Positions 18,901-28,557 of a stretch of DNA of 39,644 nucleotides are shown here, piece after piece. A model generated the notes under the pieces. The model searched no databases. It was not told where the DNA came from and was given only the letters and a program-made list of their open reading frames with translations. How positions within the stretch are numbered: position 1 is the first letter of the stretch; each line of letters opens with the position of its first letter. The position numbers and the translations under genes were made by a program. This stretch comes from Pseudomonadota bacterium. Lineage in GTDB: Bacteria; Desulfobacterota; Desulfobacteria; Desulfobacterales; JBDRRP01. The stretch covers positions 62,001 to 101,644 of the forward strand of contig JBDRRP010000064.1 in the NCBI GenBank assembly GCA_043825735.1, given 5' to 3'.

Positions 18901-19028
18901 CTCACCTGTCTCTGTGAAACCGGGACGCCGGTTGATTCCCTTGCGGCGCCCCAGAAAGATAACCCACCAAAACTATTAATAATATTGAATTTAGTAGCCC
19001 ACCAAATTAATGCGGCGCCGCCGAAAAG

Positions 19029-20747
19029 TCAACCTTCCGGCGTTTGGGCACTTTGCAGCATCTCCTGGGCGTGTCTTCGGGTCGTCGCGGTAATGGTGGC
19101 CCCCCCCAGCATCCGGGCGATTTCCTCCACCCGCTGGGCATCGTCCAGCATCTGGATCCGGGTGGCTGTCCGGCCACCGGCGGTGTGCTTGGCAATGCGA
19201 AAATGGTGGTGACCAAAAATGGCTATCTGGGGCAGGTGGGTAATGCAGATAATTTGATGACAATCGGCCAACTGCAGGAGCTTTCTGCCGACACGGGCAG
19301 CAACCCGACCGCCGATGCCGGCGTCCACCTCGTCGAACACAATGGTTTCAACCGCATCGGTCCGGGCCAAAATGGCTTTGATGCCCAGCACCACCCGGGA
19401 CAGCTCACCGCCCGATGCGACGCTGGACAGCGGCTTCATCGCCTCACCGGGGTTGGCAGATATATAAAAGGTAGCCTGGTCACTGCCGGTATCGGACAGC
19501 GCACGCACGCCATCGATAAGAAATGGGGACACCCGGGCGCCAGCAGAGACATCCTCGACAACCAGTTCAACCTCAACACCCGGCATTTCCAGGCCGACGA
19601 GTTCATCGGCGACCTTGCGCGCCAGTACCGGTGCACGTTCACGGCGCCCCGCGGAAAGGCGGGCGGCCGTTTCGCAAGCACTCCGGTGCAGGGTGTCCAG
19701 GGCCGCCGCCGCCTCGGCAATGGCCTCGGAAATGTTGCGGACGGCGTCCAGTTCCGCATCGATCCGGTCGTAGTAGTGGCTCACCGCCTCGAGGCTGCCG
19801 CCGTACTTCTTTTTCAACCGGTTGAGCGTGTCGAGACGGTCCTCGACGTGCTCCAACGCACTGTCGTCCATATCCAGGCCACCGAGATACGATCTCAATT
19901 GCACCGCCGTATCCTCAAGTGACAACACCGCGCCGGTCAGGGCGTCAACGGCGGGAGCAAGAGCGCCATCGATATCTGCGGCGCGCTGCAGGGAGGCAAC
20001 CACCCCGTGGATGCGCTCAACCACTGCCCCGTCGGCACTGTAGAGCTGCTCCACGCCGTCATATACCGCCTGGTATAAGAACACGGCATGCTTCAATCGG
20101 CGCCGACGCTCTTCGAGAAAATCGTCCTCACGGATGTCCGATAAGGCAGCGGCGGAAATCTCCTTCTTCTGGTACTCCAGCAGGGCCATCTGTTCCTGCT
20201 GCCGTTTTTGCTGTTCCTGCAAAGCGCCCAGCCGGTCAACGGCACTGCGGATAGCGACCACCTGCTCGGCCATGACCTGCCGCAGCCCCGTGAGCCCCCC
20301 GAACTGATCCAGAATCAGCAGGTGAGTGTCTTCCTTGAGGAGCACCTGGTGGGCATGCTGCCCTGAAATGCTGGCCAGACCAGTAGTCAAGTCGGTGAGC
20401 AGCTGAATGGTGGCCGATTGTTCGTTGATGATGATCTTGTGGCGGTCACGAATGGAAATAATCCGGCGAATACGCAGCGTACCGTCGGATGGGAGGCCAT
20501 TTTTGCGAATCAGCTCATCGACGGGGCTGCCGGCCGGCACGGCAAACACGGCTTCAAGCTCCGCACTGTCGGCGCCGCTGCGAACCATCTTGGCCGTTGC
20601 CCGACTGCCGAGCAGCAGGTTGACGGCATTGACAATGATCGATTTTCCCGCCCCGGTCTCGCCGCTGAGAATGGTCAGTCCGCGGTCAAAACCGATCTGA
20701 AGATCGTCGATGATGGCAAAGTTTTTAATGGCAAGGGATGTGAGCAT
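19029..20747 (-). CDS. recN: DNA repair protein RecN
   Basis: MLTSLAIKNFAII, GETGAGKS, SGGELSR, FDEVDAGIGG, ITHLPQIA; start ATG20747. Confidence 0.97.
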   Translation of the reverse strand: MLTSLAIKNFAIIDDLQIGFDRGLTILSGETGAGKSIIVNAVNLLLGSRATAKMVRSGADSAELEAVFAVPAGSPVDELIRKNGLPSDGTLRIRRIISIRDRHKIIINEQSATIQLLTDLTTGLASISGQHAHQVLLKEDTHLLILDQFGGLTGLRQVMAEQVVAIRSAVDRLGALQEQQKRQQEQMALLEYQKKEISAAALSDIREDDFLEERRRRLKHAVFLYQAVYDGVEQLYSADGAVVERIHGVVASLQRAADIDGALAPAVDALTGAVLSLEDTAVQLRSYLGGLDMDDSALEHVEDRLDTLNRLKKKYGGSLEAVSHYYDRIDAELDAVRNISEAIAEAAAALDTLHRSACETAARLSAGRRERAPVLARKVADELVGLEMPGVEVELVVEDVSAGARVSPFLIDGVRALSDTGSDQATFYISANPGEAMKPLSSVASGGELSRVVLGIKAILARTDAVETIVFDEVDAGIGGRVAARVGRKLLQLADCHQIICITHLPQIAIFGHHHFRIAKHTAGGRTATRIQMLDDAQRVEEIARMLGGATITATTRRHAQEMLQSAQTPEG

Positions 20748-20799
20748 GGTTGATGGTGTCGCCGTGCGATCACTGAAATGTTTTTTGAGATGGGTTCTG

Positions 20800-21810
20800 C
20801 TAAAAAACCGCAGTGGCACGCGCGATGTCTTCCATATCCCCCATCACAATCAGGGTCATCCCGCTTCTGAGGGGCGTCATCGGATCCGGGTTGAACTCGA
20901 TATCCCGTTCTTCTTCCTGGGCGCCGAGAACGAGGAGCCTGTACTGGCTTTTTAGCCCGGAGTCCTTCATTGCGACCCCCACCATGGGAGAGTTGCTGCC
21001 GACCACTATCTGGTGAATGCGCAGGTTGCCGCGTTTGCTCCGGAGCATGCTGTCGAGAAAATTGACCACCGTGGGTCGTATCATCTCCGATGCGATGCGC
21101 AGCGCCCCGATCGAATTGGGAGACACCACACTGTCAGCCCCGGCTTTTTTAAGCTTCGCCTTCAGCTTCACGTTCACCATCCGGGAGATGATCCGGAGTT
21201 TACGGTTCAGCATCCGGGCCGTCATGGTAACATAAAGGTTGTCCTTGTCGCTGGGCAGGCAGATGGCCACCCCTTTGGCTCTGGCGATGCCGGCAGAAAT
21301 GAGGTGTTCGTCTTCGGTGGCATCCCCCAGGACATAGAGCAGGTCCTCGATGACTTTGCAGCAGCGATCGATATTTTCCTGGTTGCTCTCTACCAGAACC
21401 ACGTGTTCTTTGTTTTTCACCAACTCCTCGATCACCGGCAGACCGGTCTCTCCGCCGCCGCAGACAATGTAATGATTTTCGAGTTTGTCGATGGCCTTCT
21501 TCATTTGCTTCATCCTCAATATGCCCGACAGTTCGCCTTCGATGAGCACCGCCGTCAGGGTGCCGATACCATAGGTGATGATGCCGATGCCGACGACAAT
21601 GAGCACCATGGTGAACAGCTCGGCGGCAGGGTTTCCGGTCACCAGCAGAATTTCGCCGTAGCCCACACTGGTGATGGAGATCACCGTCATGTACAGGCAG
21701 TCCAGAATGCTGTAGGCGCCATGAAACAGAAAATAGTACCCGAAGGTGCCGAACAGCACCACCAGGACAATGGCCAGCACCACCAACAGGAGCCTTTTCT
21801 TGATCACCAT
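20800..21810 (-). CDS. 2-TM potassium channel with RCK (TrkA-N/TrkA-C) domains
   Basis: Pore sequence ITSVGYGE between two TM helices; HYIVCGGGETG, GDATE and GADSVVSP RCK motifs. Confidence 0.9.
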   Translation of the reverse strand: MVIKKRLLLVVLAIVLVVLFGTFGYYFLFHGAYSILDCLYMTVISITSVGYGEILLVTGNPAAELFTMVLIVVGIGIITYGIGTLTAVLIEGELSGILRMKQMKKAIDKLENHYIVCGGGETGLPVIEELVKNKEHVVLVESNQENIDRCCKVIEDLLYVLGDATEDEHLISAGIARAKGVAICLPSDKDNLYVTMTARMLNRKLRIISRMVNVKLKAKLKKAGADSVVSPNSIGALRIASEMIRPTVVNFLDSMLRSKRGNLRIHQIVVGSNSPMVGVAMKDSGLKSQYRLLVLGAQEEERDIEFNPDPMTPLRSGMTLIVMGDMEDIARATAVF

Positions 21811-22097
21811 GATGAGCCGTGTGGGTTGCCGATAACGCCGAATGGTTCACCGCATCGCCGGTATGCATCCCTGCACAATCGGACAACGGGCGGCCGCGCC
21901 GATTATTGAGACAGGGGGCGGCTTATGCCATCGCCGCAACGACGATCGCCCCCCAATGAAAGGGCTCTTAAATTCTCATCCGCAACAGCCGCCTTGGTTT
22001 TCCGGCGGATGGTCCCCTCGACGGCATCGCGACATCCGTGATCAGTGTTTTTTTCTTTACCGTCGATAGGCTACCTCACCGATTGTCGGCTGGCATT

Positions 22098-22125
22098 AGT
22101 ATAACAGCCGGCAATGGCGTGTAAA
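22098..22125 (-). promoter_or_regulatory. Putative sigma70 promoter toward the K+ channel gene
   Basis: Minus strand TTTACA-N16-TATACT with extended -10 TG. Confidence 0.4.
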
Positions 22126-22268
22126 GGGTTTTTAAACCCCTTCCCGGCGCGGCCTCAGGCGAAATCGCTTTACAAATATCAGGGGATGCTTTAGGAAAAA
22201 AGCCCTACGCTGCAAGATTACCGTCCCAGTGTACGGCGCCAATCCCCCTAGCGAGGTCCAAGGACGAT

Positions 22269-22925
22269 ATGCCGAAACCGATACCGCTTGTTCTGGCCAC
22301 CCACAACAAGGGTAAGATCCGCGAGATCCACCGCCTGCTGAGCGGCTACCCGATAGACCTGAAAACGCTCGACGATTTCGGCCCGATCCCGCCGGTGGTT
22401 GAAGACGGCGACAGCTTTGAAGCCAACGCCTATAAAAAGGCCAGTCACGTCGCCCGCGTGATAGGCATGGCCGCGATGGCCGACGACTCAGGATTGATGG
22501 TGGCGGCACTGGACGGGGCGCCCGGTATCCATTCGGCCCGGTATGGGGGTGAGGGCGCCAGCGACGGCGACCGCTGCCAGAAACTGCTGGCGGAAATGAG
22601 CGACAAGGACAACCGGGCAGCAGCCTTCGTGTGTGCCATGTCCATCGCTGTCCCCACCGGCCCCGCATTGACGTATGAAGCCCGCTGCGAGGGGCAGCTC
22701 ACCCGGGAGCCGAGAGGCGAAAACGGGTTTGGCTACGATCCGATTTTCTTATTTCCTGAGCTGGGCCGGACATTCGCCCAGCTCAGCGCCGACGAAAAAG
22801 GCCGGGTGAGCCACCGCGGCAAGGCGCTGAAAGAAATCACCGAAGAAATCGACAAGATCATCACCTGGCTGCGGATTCACATGCCGACGCCCGATCGGTT
22901 CCCCTGCGCTGGAGGCACGCCATGA
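22269..22925 (+). CDS. rdgB: XTP/dITP diphosphatase (HAM1 family)
   Basis: ATHNKGK, ADDSGL, GAPGIHSARY, GFGYDPIF and SHRGKA motifs. Confidence 0.95.
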   Translation: MPKPIPLVLATHNKGKIREIHRLLSGYPIDLKTLDDFGPIPPVVEDGDSFEANAYKKASHVARVIGMAAMADDSGLMVAALDGAPGIHSARYGGEGASDGDRCQKLLAEMSDKDNRAAAFVCAMSIAVPTGPALTYEARCEGQLTREPRGENGFGYDPIFLFPELGRTFAQLSADEKGRVSHRGKALKEITEEIDKIITWLRIHMPTPDRFPCAGGTP

Positions 22926-23155
22926 TGCTGGCAGGGTGCATTTTCGGCGCCATCGACCAGAAACGCCTGCGAACGGCGATGGACATTCCGGCCCATTGCG
23001 AGATACTGCTGGTGCTGGCCATAGGCAAACCGGCTGAAACCATTGTCCTTGAAACGGTGGACGACAGTGGAGACATTCGGTATTACCGTGACGACAAAGA
23101 CATCCACCATGTGCCCAAGCGGGCCCTGGCGGACATTATTTTGAAAAGTTTATAA
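22922..23155 (+). pseudogene. Nitroreductase-family C-terminal fragment (77 aa)
   Basis: GCIFGAID...ILLVLAIGKP...YYRD...HHVPKRAL resembles the C-terminal part of nitroreductases; the N-terminal part is absent. SD GGAGG at 22911-15 and ATGA overlap are retained. Confidence 0.6.
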
Positions 23156-23214
23156 AGCGGGCAGCCGTCTGCAGGCAGCTTTCCGCGACATAACACGAGG
23201 GGGGGAGAAACAAC

Positions 23215-25188
23215 ATGCTGAAGAGAGGCGAAGGAGTTGACATCATCAAAACGCTGGGCGGCATTGAAACCATCGATGCGGCCCGGCAATCGCTTGCGGC
23301 GCTGATGGACAGCGCCAACACCGAAAAGCTGGCCGCCATCAGCCATACGGATGTTCTGCTTAAAATCGCCAATGCGGCGGCCCTGTGTCAACCCGACATG
23401 GTGTTTATCAATACCGGATCCCCGGAAGATCGCCGGTTCATCTGTGAACTGGCTCTCAAAAACGGGGAAGAATCCCCGCTTCCCATGGAGAACCATACCA
23501 TCCATTATGATTTGAAGGACGAACAGGGCCGCATCATTGATCGCACCTTCTACATTGCCAACCCTGGTGAAAATATCAGCTCGCTGGCCAACAAGATGCT
23601 CCGCGATGACGCCATTGAGGACATCCGCGAAAAGATGACCGGCATCATGAGAGGGATGGTCATGATGGTGGGGTTTTACATGAGAGGCCCCGTGGGCGCC
23701 CCCGTCGCCAATCCCGCCATCGAAATCACCAGCTCTGCCTATGTTTCCCACAGCGCCGAAATTCTTTACCGCAATGCCTATGAAAGCTTTGACCGTGAAG
23801 TGAGCCGCCTAGGCTATTTTTTCACCAATATCCACAGCCAGGGCTTGAATCGCCTGGAAGATCTCCCCAATGCCCGGGTCTACATGGATCGAAGCCATTG
23901 GACCACCTACAGCTTCAACTGCACCTATGCCGGCAACACATTGCTGCTCAAAAAAGGCAATCACCGGTTCGCCGTCGACAAGGCCGTCTACCTCGGCCGC
24001 GGCGCCGAGTTGGCCGAGCACATGTTCATCACCGGCATCGAAGGCCACGGTGGACGCATCACCTGGTTTACCGGTGCGGCCCCCAGCGGCTGCGGCAAAA
24101 CCACCACTGCCATGGCCGGCGATCATTTTGTCGGTGACGATCTGGCGCAAATGTGGCGCAGCGAAGACGGGAGCGTGCGTGCCATCAATCCGGAATGCGG
24201 CATTTTCGGCATCGTGGAAGACGTTAACCAGGAAGGTGACCCTAAACTGATGGAAATCCTCAGAAACCCGGTCACCGAAGTCATCTGGTCCAATGTGCTC
24301 ATCGACGACAGCGGCCGCCCTCAGTGGACCGGCAACGGAGAGCCCCAGCCGACCCGCGGGGTGAACTTTCAGGGCGAATGGCACCAGGGGCAGACCGACG
24401 CCAACGGCAAACCGGTGCCCATCTCGCACCCCAATGCCCGGTGCACGGTTTCTGCGGCGGCCCTGGACAACTACTCCACACGCTGCGAAGACCCGGCCGG
24501 TGTTGAGACCCGCGTGGTCACCTATAGCGGCAGGGACTCAGACACGATGCCGCCCGTCAGGGTCGCCATCAATGCCGACCACGGCGTGGTCATCGGCGCC
24601 TGCATCGTCTCGGCGGCCACCGCCACAGAGGTCGGCGCCACCGGCGTCAAACGGGCGCCGTGGGCCAACGCACCGTTTATCCCAGGGTCCCTGGGCGAAT
24701 ATATGGCGGCCCAGTTCGAATTCTTCAACCACCCCGCCATTGCCGATGACCAGCGGCCGATTCTGGCCGGGCTTAATTACTTTCTGACCGATGCGGCCAG
24801 AGGCGGCACCAGCAAAACGCTGCTTGGCGAAAAACGAGACGTCAAGGTCTGGATGTCATGGCTCGAGCGGTGCGCGCACGGTGAGGTCGAAGCCATCACG
24901 ACCCCCATCGGACTGCTGCCCCGATACGCCGATCTGAAGACCCTGTTTAAAGAACTCATCGACAAACCTTACTCTGAAGCACTTTACGAAAAACAGTTTT
25001 CACTTTACGTCGACAACATCCTCCGACTGATCGATCTCCAGGCGGCCGCCTACAAAAAGGAACCCGGCATCCCCGACCGATTGTTTGCGATACTGACGGA
25101 GCAACGAGACGGCCTGCTCGCCCTCAAGGCCGCCTACGGGGCGGTGGTAACGCCGGATCAGCTTCAGGCGTCTCAGCAAAAAGGATAA
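23215..25188 (+). CDS. pckG: Phosphoenolpyruvate carboxykinase (GTP)
   Basis: YAGNTLLLKK, LAEHMFI, GAAPSGCGKT, VGDDLA, INPECGIFG and HPNARC motifs. Confidence 0.92.
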   Translation: MLKRGEGVDIIKTLGGIETIDAARQSLAALMDSANTEKLAAISHTDVLLKIANAAALCQPDMVFINTGSPEDRRFICELALKNGEESPLPMENHTIHYDLKDEQGRIIDRTFYIANPGENISSLANKMLRDDAIEDIREKMTGIMRGMVMMVGFYMRGPVGAPVANPAIEITSSAYVSHSAEILYRNAYESFDREVSRLGYFFTNIHSQGLNRLEDLPNARVYMDRSHWTTYSFNCTYAGNTLLLKKGNHRFAVDKAVYLGRGAELAEHMFITGIEGHGGRITWFTGAAPSGCGKTTTAMAGDHFVGDDLAQMWRSEDGSVRAINPECGIFGIVEDVNQEGDPKLMEILRNPVTEVIWSNVLIDDSGRPQWTGNGEPQPTRGVNFQGEWHQGQTDANGKPVPISHPNARCTVSAAALDNYSTRCEDPAGVETRVVTYSGRDSDTMPPVRVAINADHGVVIGACIVSAATATEVGATGVKRAPWANAPFIPGSLGEYMAAQFEFFNHPAIADDQRPILAGLNYFLTDAARGGTSKTLLGEKRDVKVWMSWLERCAHGEVEAITTPIGLLPRYADLKTLFKELIDKPYSEALYEKQFSLYVDNILRLIDLQAAAYKKEPGIPDRLFAILTEQRDGLLALKAAYGAVVTPDQLQASQQKG

Positions 25189-25279
25189 CCGCGAGCGCCT
25201 TTCGAATCGACCAACAACCAGCTATCGCGCCATGGGCATCGGAATCCGTTTCCGAATGCCCATTGGCGTCTGAGGGCAC

Positions 25280-26536
25280 ATGCACGAAAAGCGTGCCATC
25301 ATCAGGTCCATATTCACCGGCCGCATGGTCGTGGCGCTCATCATGGGCTTTGCCTCGGGGCTGCCGCTGCTGCTCACCATGGGCGTGCTCCAGGCCTGGA
25401 TGCGGGAAGAAGGTCTGGATCTGGGGGCCATCGGCCTGATCAATCTGGTCCAGATTCCCTATACCTGGAAATTTCTGTGGGCCCCGATCATGGACCGTTT
25501 CACGCCGGCCATTCTCGGCCGGCGGCGGGGCTGGCTCATCATCAGTCAGATCGCCCTCACGCTGTCCATCGCCGCCATGGCCTTCGGGGACCCCGGCCGG
25601 CATCTGCCGCTGACGGTAATCTCGGCCCTGCTGGTGGCCTTTTTCAGCGCCAGCCAGGACATCGTGGTAGACGCCTACCGGCGCGAGACCCTGTCCGATG
25701 ACGAACTCGGTCTGGGATCGTCCCTGTACATCTACGGTTACCGGCTCGGCATGCTCCTGGCCTCCGGCGGCGGCCTCATCATGGCCGACCACATGGCCTG
25801 GTCGAGCGTTTATCTGGTGATGGCCGCCTGCATGCTGCCGGTCATGGCGGTCACCCTGCTGGCCCCGGAACCGGAGGCCGCACCAGGGCAGCCGGTATCG
25901 CTTCGGGATGCGGTCATCGCCCCCCTGGCCGACTATTTTACCCGGCCGTCGGCGCTGGCCATCCTCGCCTTCATCTTGCTCTATAAACTGGGCGACAGCA
26001 TGGCCAGCGCCATGACCATGCCCTTTTATCTGGATATCGGTTTTACCAAAACCCAGGTCGGCACCGTTGTGAAAATCTTCGGCACGGGAGCCGTCATCGG
26101 CGGCGCCATTCTGGGGGGCATCATCATGCTGCGCCTCGGCATCAACCGCAGCCTGTGGATTTTCGGAGTGTTTCAGGCCGTCAGCACCGCCGGTTTTGCC
26201 CTTCTGGCCCGCATGGGTGACAGCGTGAGTGCACTGTCGGCGGTCATCGCCTTTGAAAACATCAGCAGCGGCATGGGCACGGCCGCTTTCGTGGCATTCA
26301 TGGCGAGCATCACCGACAAACGCTTTACCGCCACCCAGTACGCACTGCTGAGCAGTCTCATGGGAATCCCGCGCGTACTGGCCTCGGCGCCAACAGGATA
26401 TCTGGCCGAAGCCATGGGATGGGAGGCCTTCTTCATCTTCTGTGCGCTCATCGCCCTGCCGGGGATGATGCTTCTCATGCGATTTGCCCCATGGGGCGGG
26501 GCCCCCGCCCCGCTCGCAACAGGAGAACGGTCATGA
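25280..26536 (+). CDS. ampG: AmpG-family muropeptide MFS permease
   Basis: GFASGLP, KFLWAP, GRRRGW, SASQDIVVDAYR and FTATQYALLSS motifs. Confidence 0.93.
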   Translation: MHEKRAIIRSIFTGRMVVALIMGFASGLPLLLTMGVLQAWMREEGLDLGAIGLINLVQIPYTWKFLWAPIMDRFTPAILGRRRGWLIISQIALTLSIAAMAFGDPGRHLPLTVISALLVAFFSASQDIVVDAYRRETLSDDELGLGSSLYIYGYRLGMLLASGGGLIMADHMAWSSVYLVMAACMLPVMAVTLLAPEPEAAPGQPVSLRDAVIAPLADYFTRPSALAILAFILLYKLGDSMASAMTMPFYLDIGFTKTQVGTVVKIFGTGAVIGGAILGGIIMLRLGINRSLWIFGVFQAVSTAGFALLARMGDSVSALSAVIAFENISSGMGTAAFVAFMASITDKRFTATQYALLSSLMGIPRVLASAPTGYLAEAMGWEAFFIFCALIALPGMMLLMRFAPWGGAPAPLATGERS

Positions 26537-28278
26537 ACGAGCTTACGCCGGAAAACGGCACACGTCAGATCATTGGGAATCTCCACCGTCAGCGCGATGA
26601 ACTGATGCGCCTGCCGCCCGAAAAAGCCCTTGAGCGGATTATGGATGCTGAGCATCCCGCGGCCTTGGTGCATGCCCTGGCTGACCAGGATTTCCACGTC
26701 CTGGTCAACGAAATCGGCCCGGAGGACGCGCTGCCGGTGCTGGCGCTGGCCTCCGAACGTCAGTGGGAGCATCTGTTGGACGTGGAGGGATGGGCCGCAG
26801 ACCGGCTGGCCCTTGCCGACACCGACCGGCGCCTCGATCTGCTCTACCGCGCCGATCCCAACCGTCTGGTGCGCTGGCTGGCCTCCGATCACACCGAGTT
26901 TCTGGAGCTCTACTTCTATCGTACCATCGAGGTTTATATCAGAGAGCACGACCAGGATCCGTCGACGCTACCGCCGGACTGCGTCACGCTGGACGATGTG
27001 TTTTACTACCGCATCATGGAACGCTCCGATCCGGACGATCCGTCCCCTCGGGACCCTGAGCTGTATCAGCGACTGGCCACAAACATCATCGAACGCTTGG
27101 CCGACCATGACCACATTTTCTACCAGAACGTCCTTCTTGAAACCGTCAGCATCATCCCGGCCGAAGTGGAAGAAGAAAGCTACCGCCTGCGCAATGTGCG
27201 GATGGCGGAAAAAGGGTTTCTCCCCTTTGACGAAGCCGTGGGCATCTATCAGGCGCCGCCCGCCGCCGGCACCGACGGAGCCGGCAACAGCACGCCGCGG
27301 CCTCAGTCCGAAGCGCAGCACCGTGGCCCCGCACCGGTACTGCCCGCGGCATTGACGGCCCCGGGCAACATTTTTTCAAAGGCACTGGCACACACAGGCT
27401 CCGATGAGCGCCGGGGCGCGCTGCAGGTTGCCTTTGCCGGACTTTGCAACCGCATCGGTGTGGCCGATCAGGCGGTGGTCAAAAGCCGCCGGGATCTGGA
27501 GGCAATCGTCTCTAAAACCACGGGCTACCTGGGCATCGCTCTCGAACTGCTCGCCGGCGAGGACCGCAGCCTCACTCCGGAAACGGCTGCAGCCATCATG
27601 GCCAGCCGCCCTCTGGTGGACCTTTTCAAGGTGGGATACGGTGCGGCGGCGGCCCTCAAGCACCAGGCGGACCGGTGGCGGGGCGCCTCCTGGTTTCAGC
27701 GCCAGCGTCTGCCCCTGAGTTTCTGGGGAACGCAGTGGATGGGCGTGCTGGGGGGGCTCTTGATCAAACGGCCGCTCTATTTCGACAACTACCGCTCCGG
27801 CGTCATCTACCGGGAATTCGCCACACTGGCGGAGGTCTCCGAGACCCGGAACGCGCTAACCGCGGCCATGGCCATGGACGCGCTCCTGGACGCCATTGCC
27901 CTGCGCCCGCCCCCCACAAAACCCCCGCTGCTGATCTATAAAAATCTACTGCTCACTGCATGGGCACGGGATCGCCACCAGCTCGACGGCCCCCTGTCGC
28001 CGGTCGGCGCAGACACCATGCGCCGGTTCTTCACCTGGCTCTGGAATGCCGAGAATCCCCCGTTCACCATCGACGACACCCGCCGGTCGGCGTTTGTGGA
28101 CTGGCTGGCGGCCCGCTCCGGGATGCCGGCGGATGAGATGGGAAACCGTTACGGGCAGGTTCTGGATGCCCTTTTCAATGAAATCGAGGAAGAACTGGGC
28201 AGCGTGGCCATCAGGGATCTGGAGCCCCGCTATGTGAGCCAACTGCTTCTTGTGGCGCCGTCATCCAGTCAGAAGTAG
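26533..28278 (+). CDS. Conserved hypothetical protein (DUF6178-like)
   Basis: Long ORF with SD AGGAGA and ATGA overlap with ampG; EEESYRLRNVRMAEKGFLPFDEA recalls a deltaproteobacterial conserved family (family name from memory). Confidence 0.7.
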   Translation: MNELTPENGTRQIIGNLHRQRDELMRLPPEKALERIMDAEHPAALVHALADQDFHVLVNEIGPEDALPVLALASERQWEHLLDVEGWAADRLALADTDRRLDLLYRADPNRLVRWLASDHTEFLELYFYRTIEVYIREHDQDPSTLPPDCVTLDDVFYYRIMERSDPDDPSPRDPELYQRLATNIIERLADHDHIFYQNVLLETVSIIPAEVEEESYRLRNVRMAEKGFLPFDEAVGIYQAPPAAGTDGAGNSTPRPQSEAQHRGPAPVLPAALTAPGNIFSKALAHTGSDERRGALQVAFAGLCNRIGVADQAVVKSRRDLEAIVSKTTGYLGIALELLAGEDRSLTPETAAAIMASRPLVDLFKVGYGAAAALKHQADRWRGASWFQRQRLPLSFWGTQWMGVLGGLLIKRPLYFDNYRSGVIYREFATLAEVSETRNALTAAMAMDALLDAIALRPPPTKPPLLIYKNLLLTAWARDRHQLDGPLSPVGADTMRRFFTWLWNAENPPFTIDDTRRSAFVDWLAARSGMPADEMGNRYGQVLDALFNEIEEELGSVAIRDLEPRYVSQLLLVAPSSSQK

Positions 28279-28557
28279 CGCCCATTTGCGGGTCGATAGC
28301 GGCAATTCTTCTTGTGTCAGGCGAGGTCCTGAAGCGACTTACTGTAACATGGCACCATTGAGGGGGATCCGATAAACAGGACCTGTTCAGTTGACGATTA
28401 TTTGCCTGGACAATCAAACACAGCTTCATCTTTGCTTGTTACCGGGCGCCCTATTGTTACAGTGTAACAACCCACACCGGTGTTCCAAACCGTCAATTGT
28501 TTTTTTGCGTGAGCCGGTCCTTCTGTGAAATTGATCTATCTATACTGATCTCCCGGC

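Noticed and set aside
21811..22097. Long leader of the K+ channel gene as a c-di-AMP (ydaO) or other riboswitch
   Set aside because: No conserved riboswitch motifs recognised; an Rfam scan would be needed to exclude it fully.
22130..22268. tRNA near rdgB
   Set aside because: No cloverleaf, T-loop GTTCRA or CCA end found.
28316..28345. SRP RNA or hammerhead ribozyme core in GTCAGGCGAGGTCCTGAAGCGAC
   Set aside because: Lacks the SRP GNRA loop with AGCAG and the hammerhead CUGANGA/GAAA cores.
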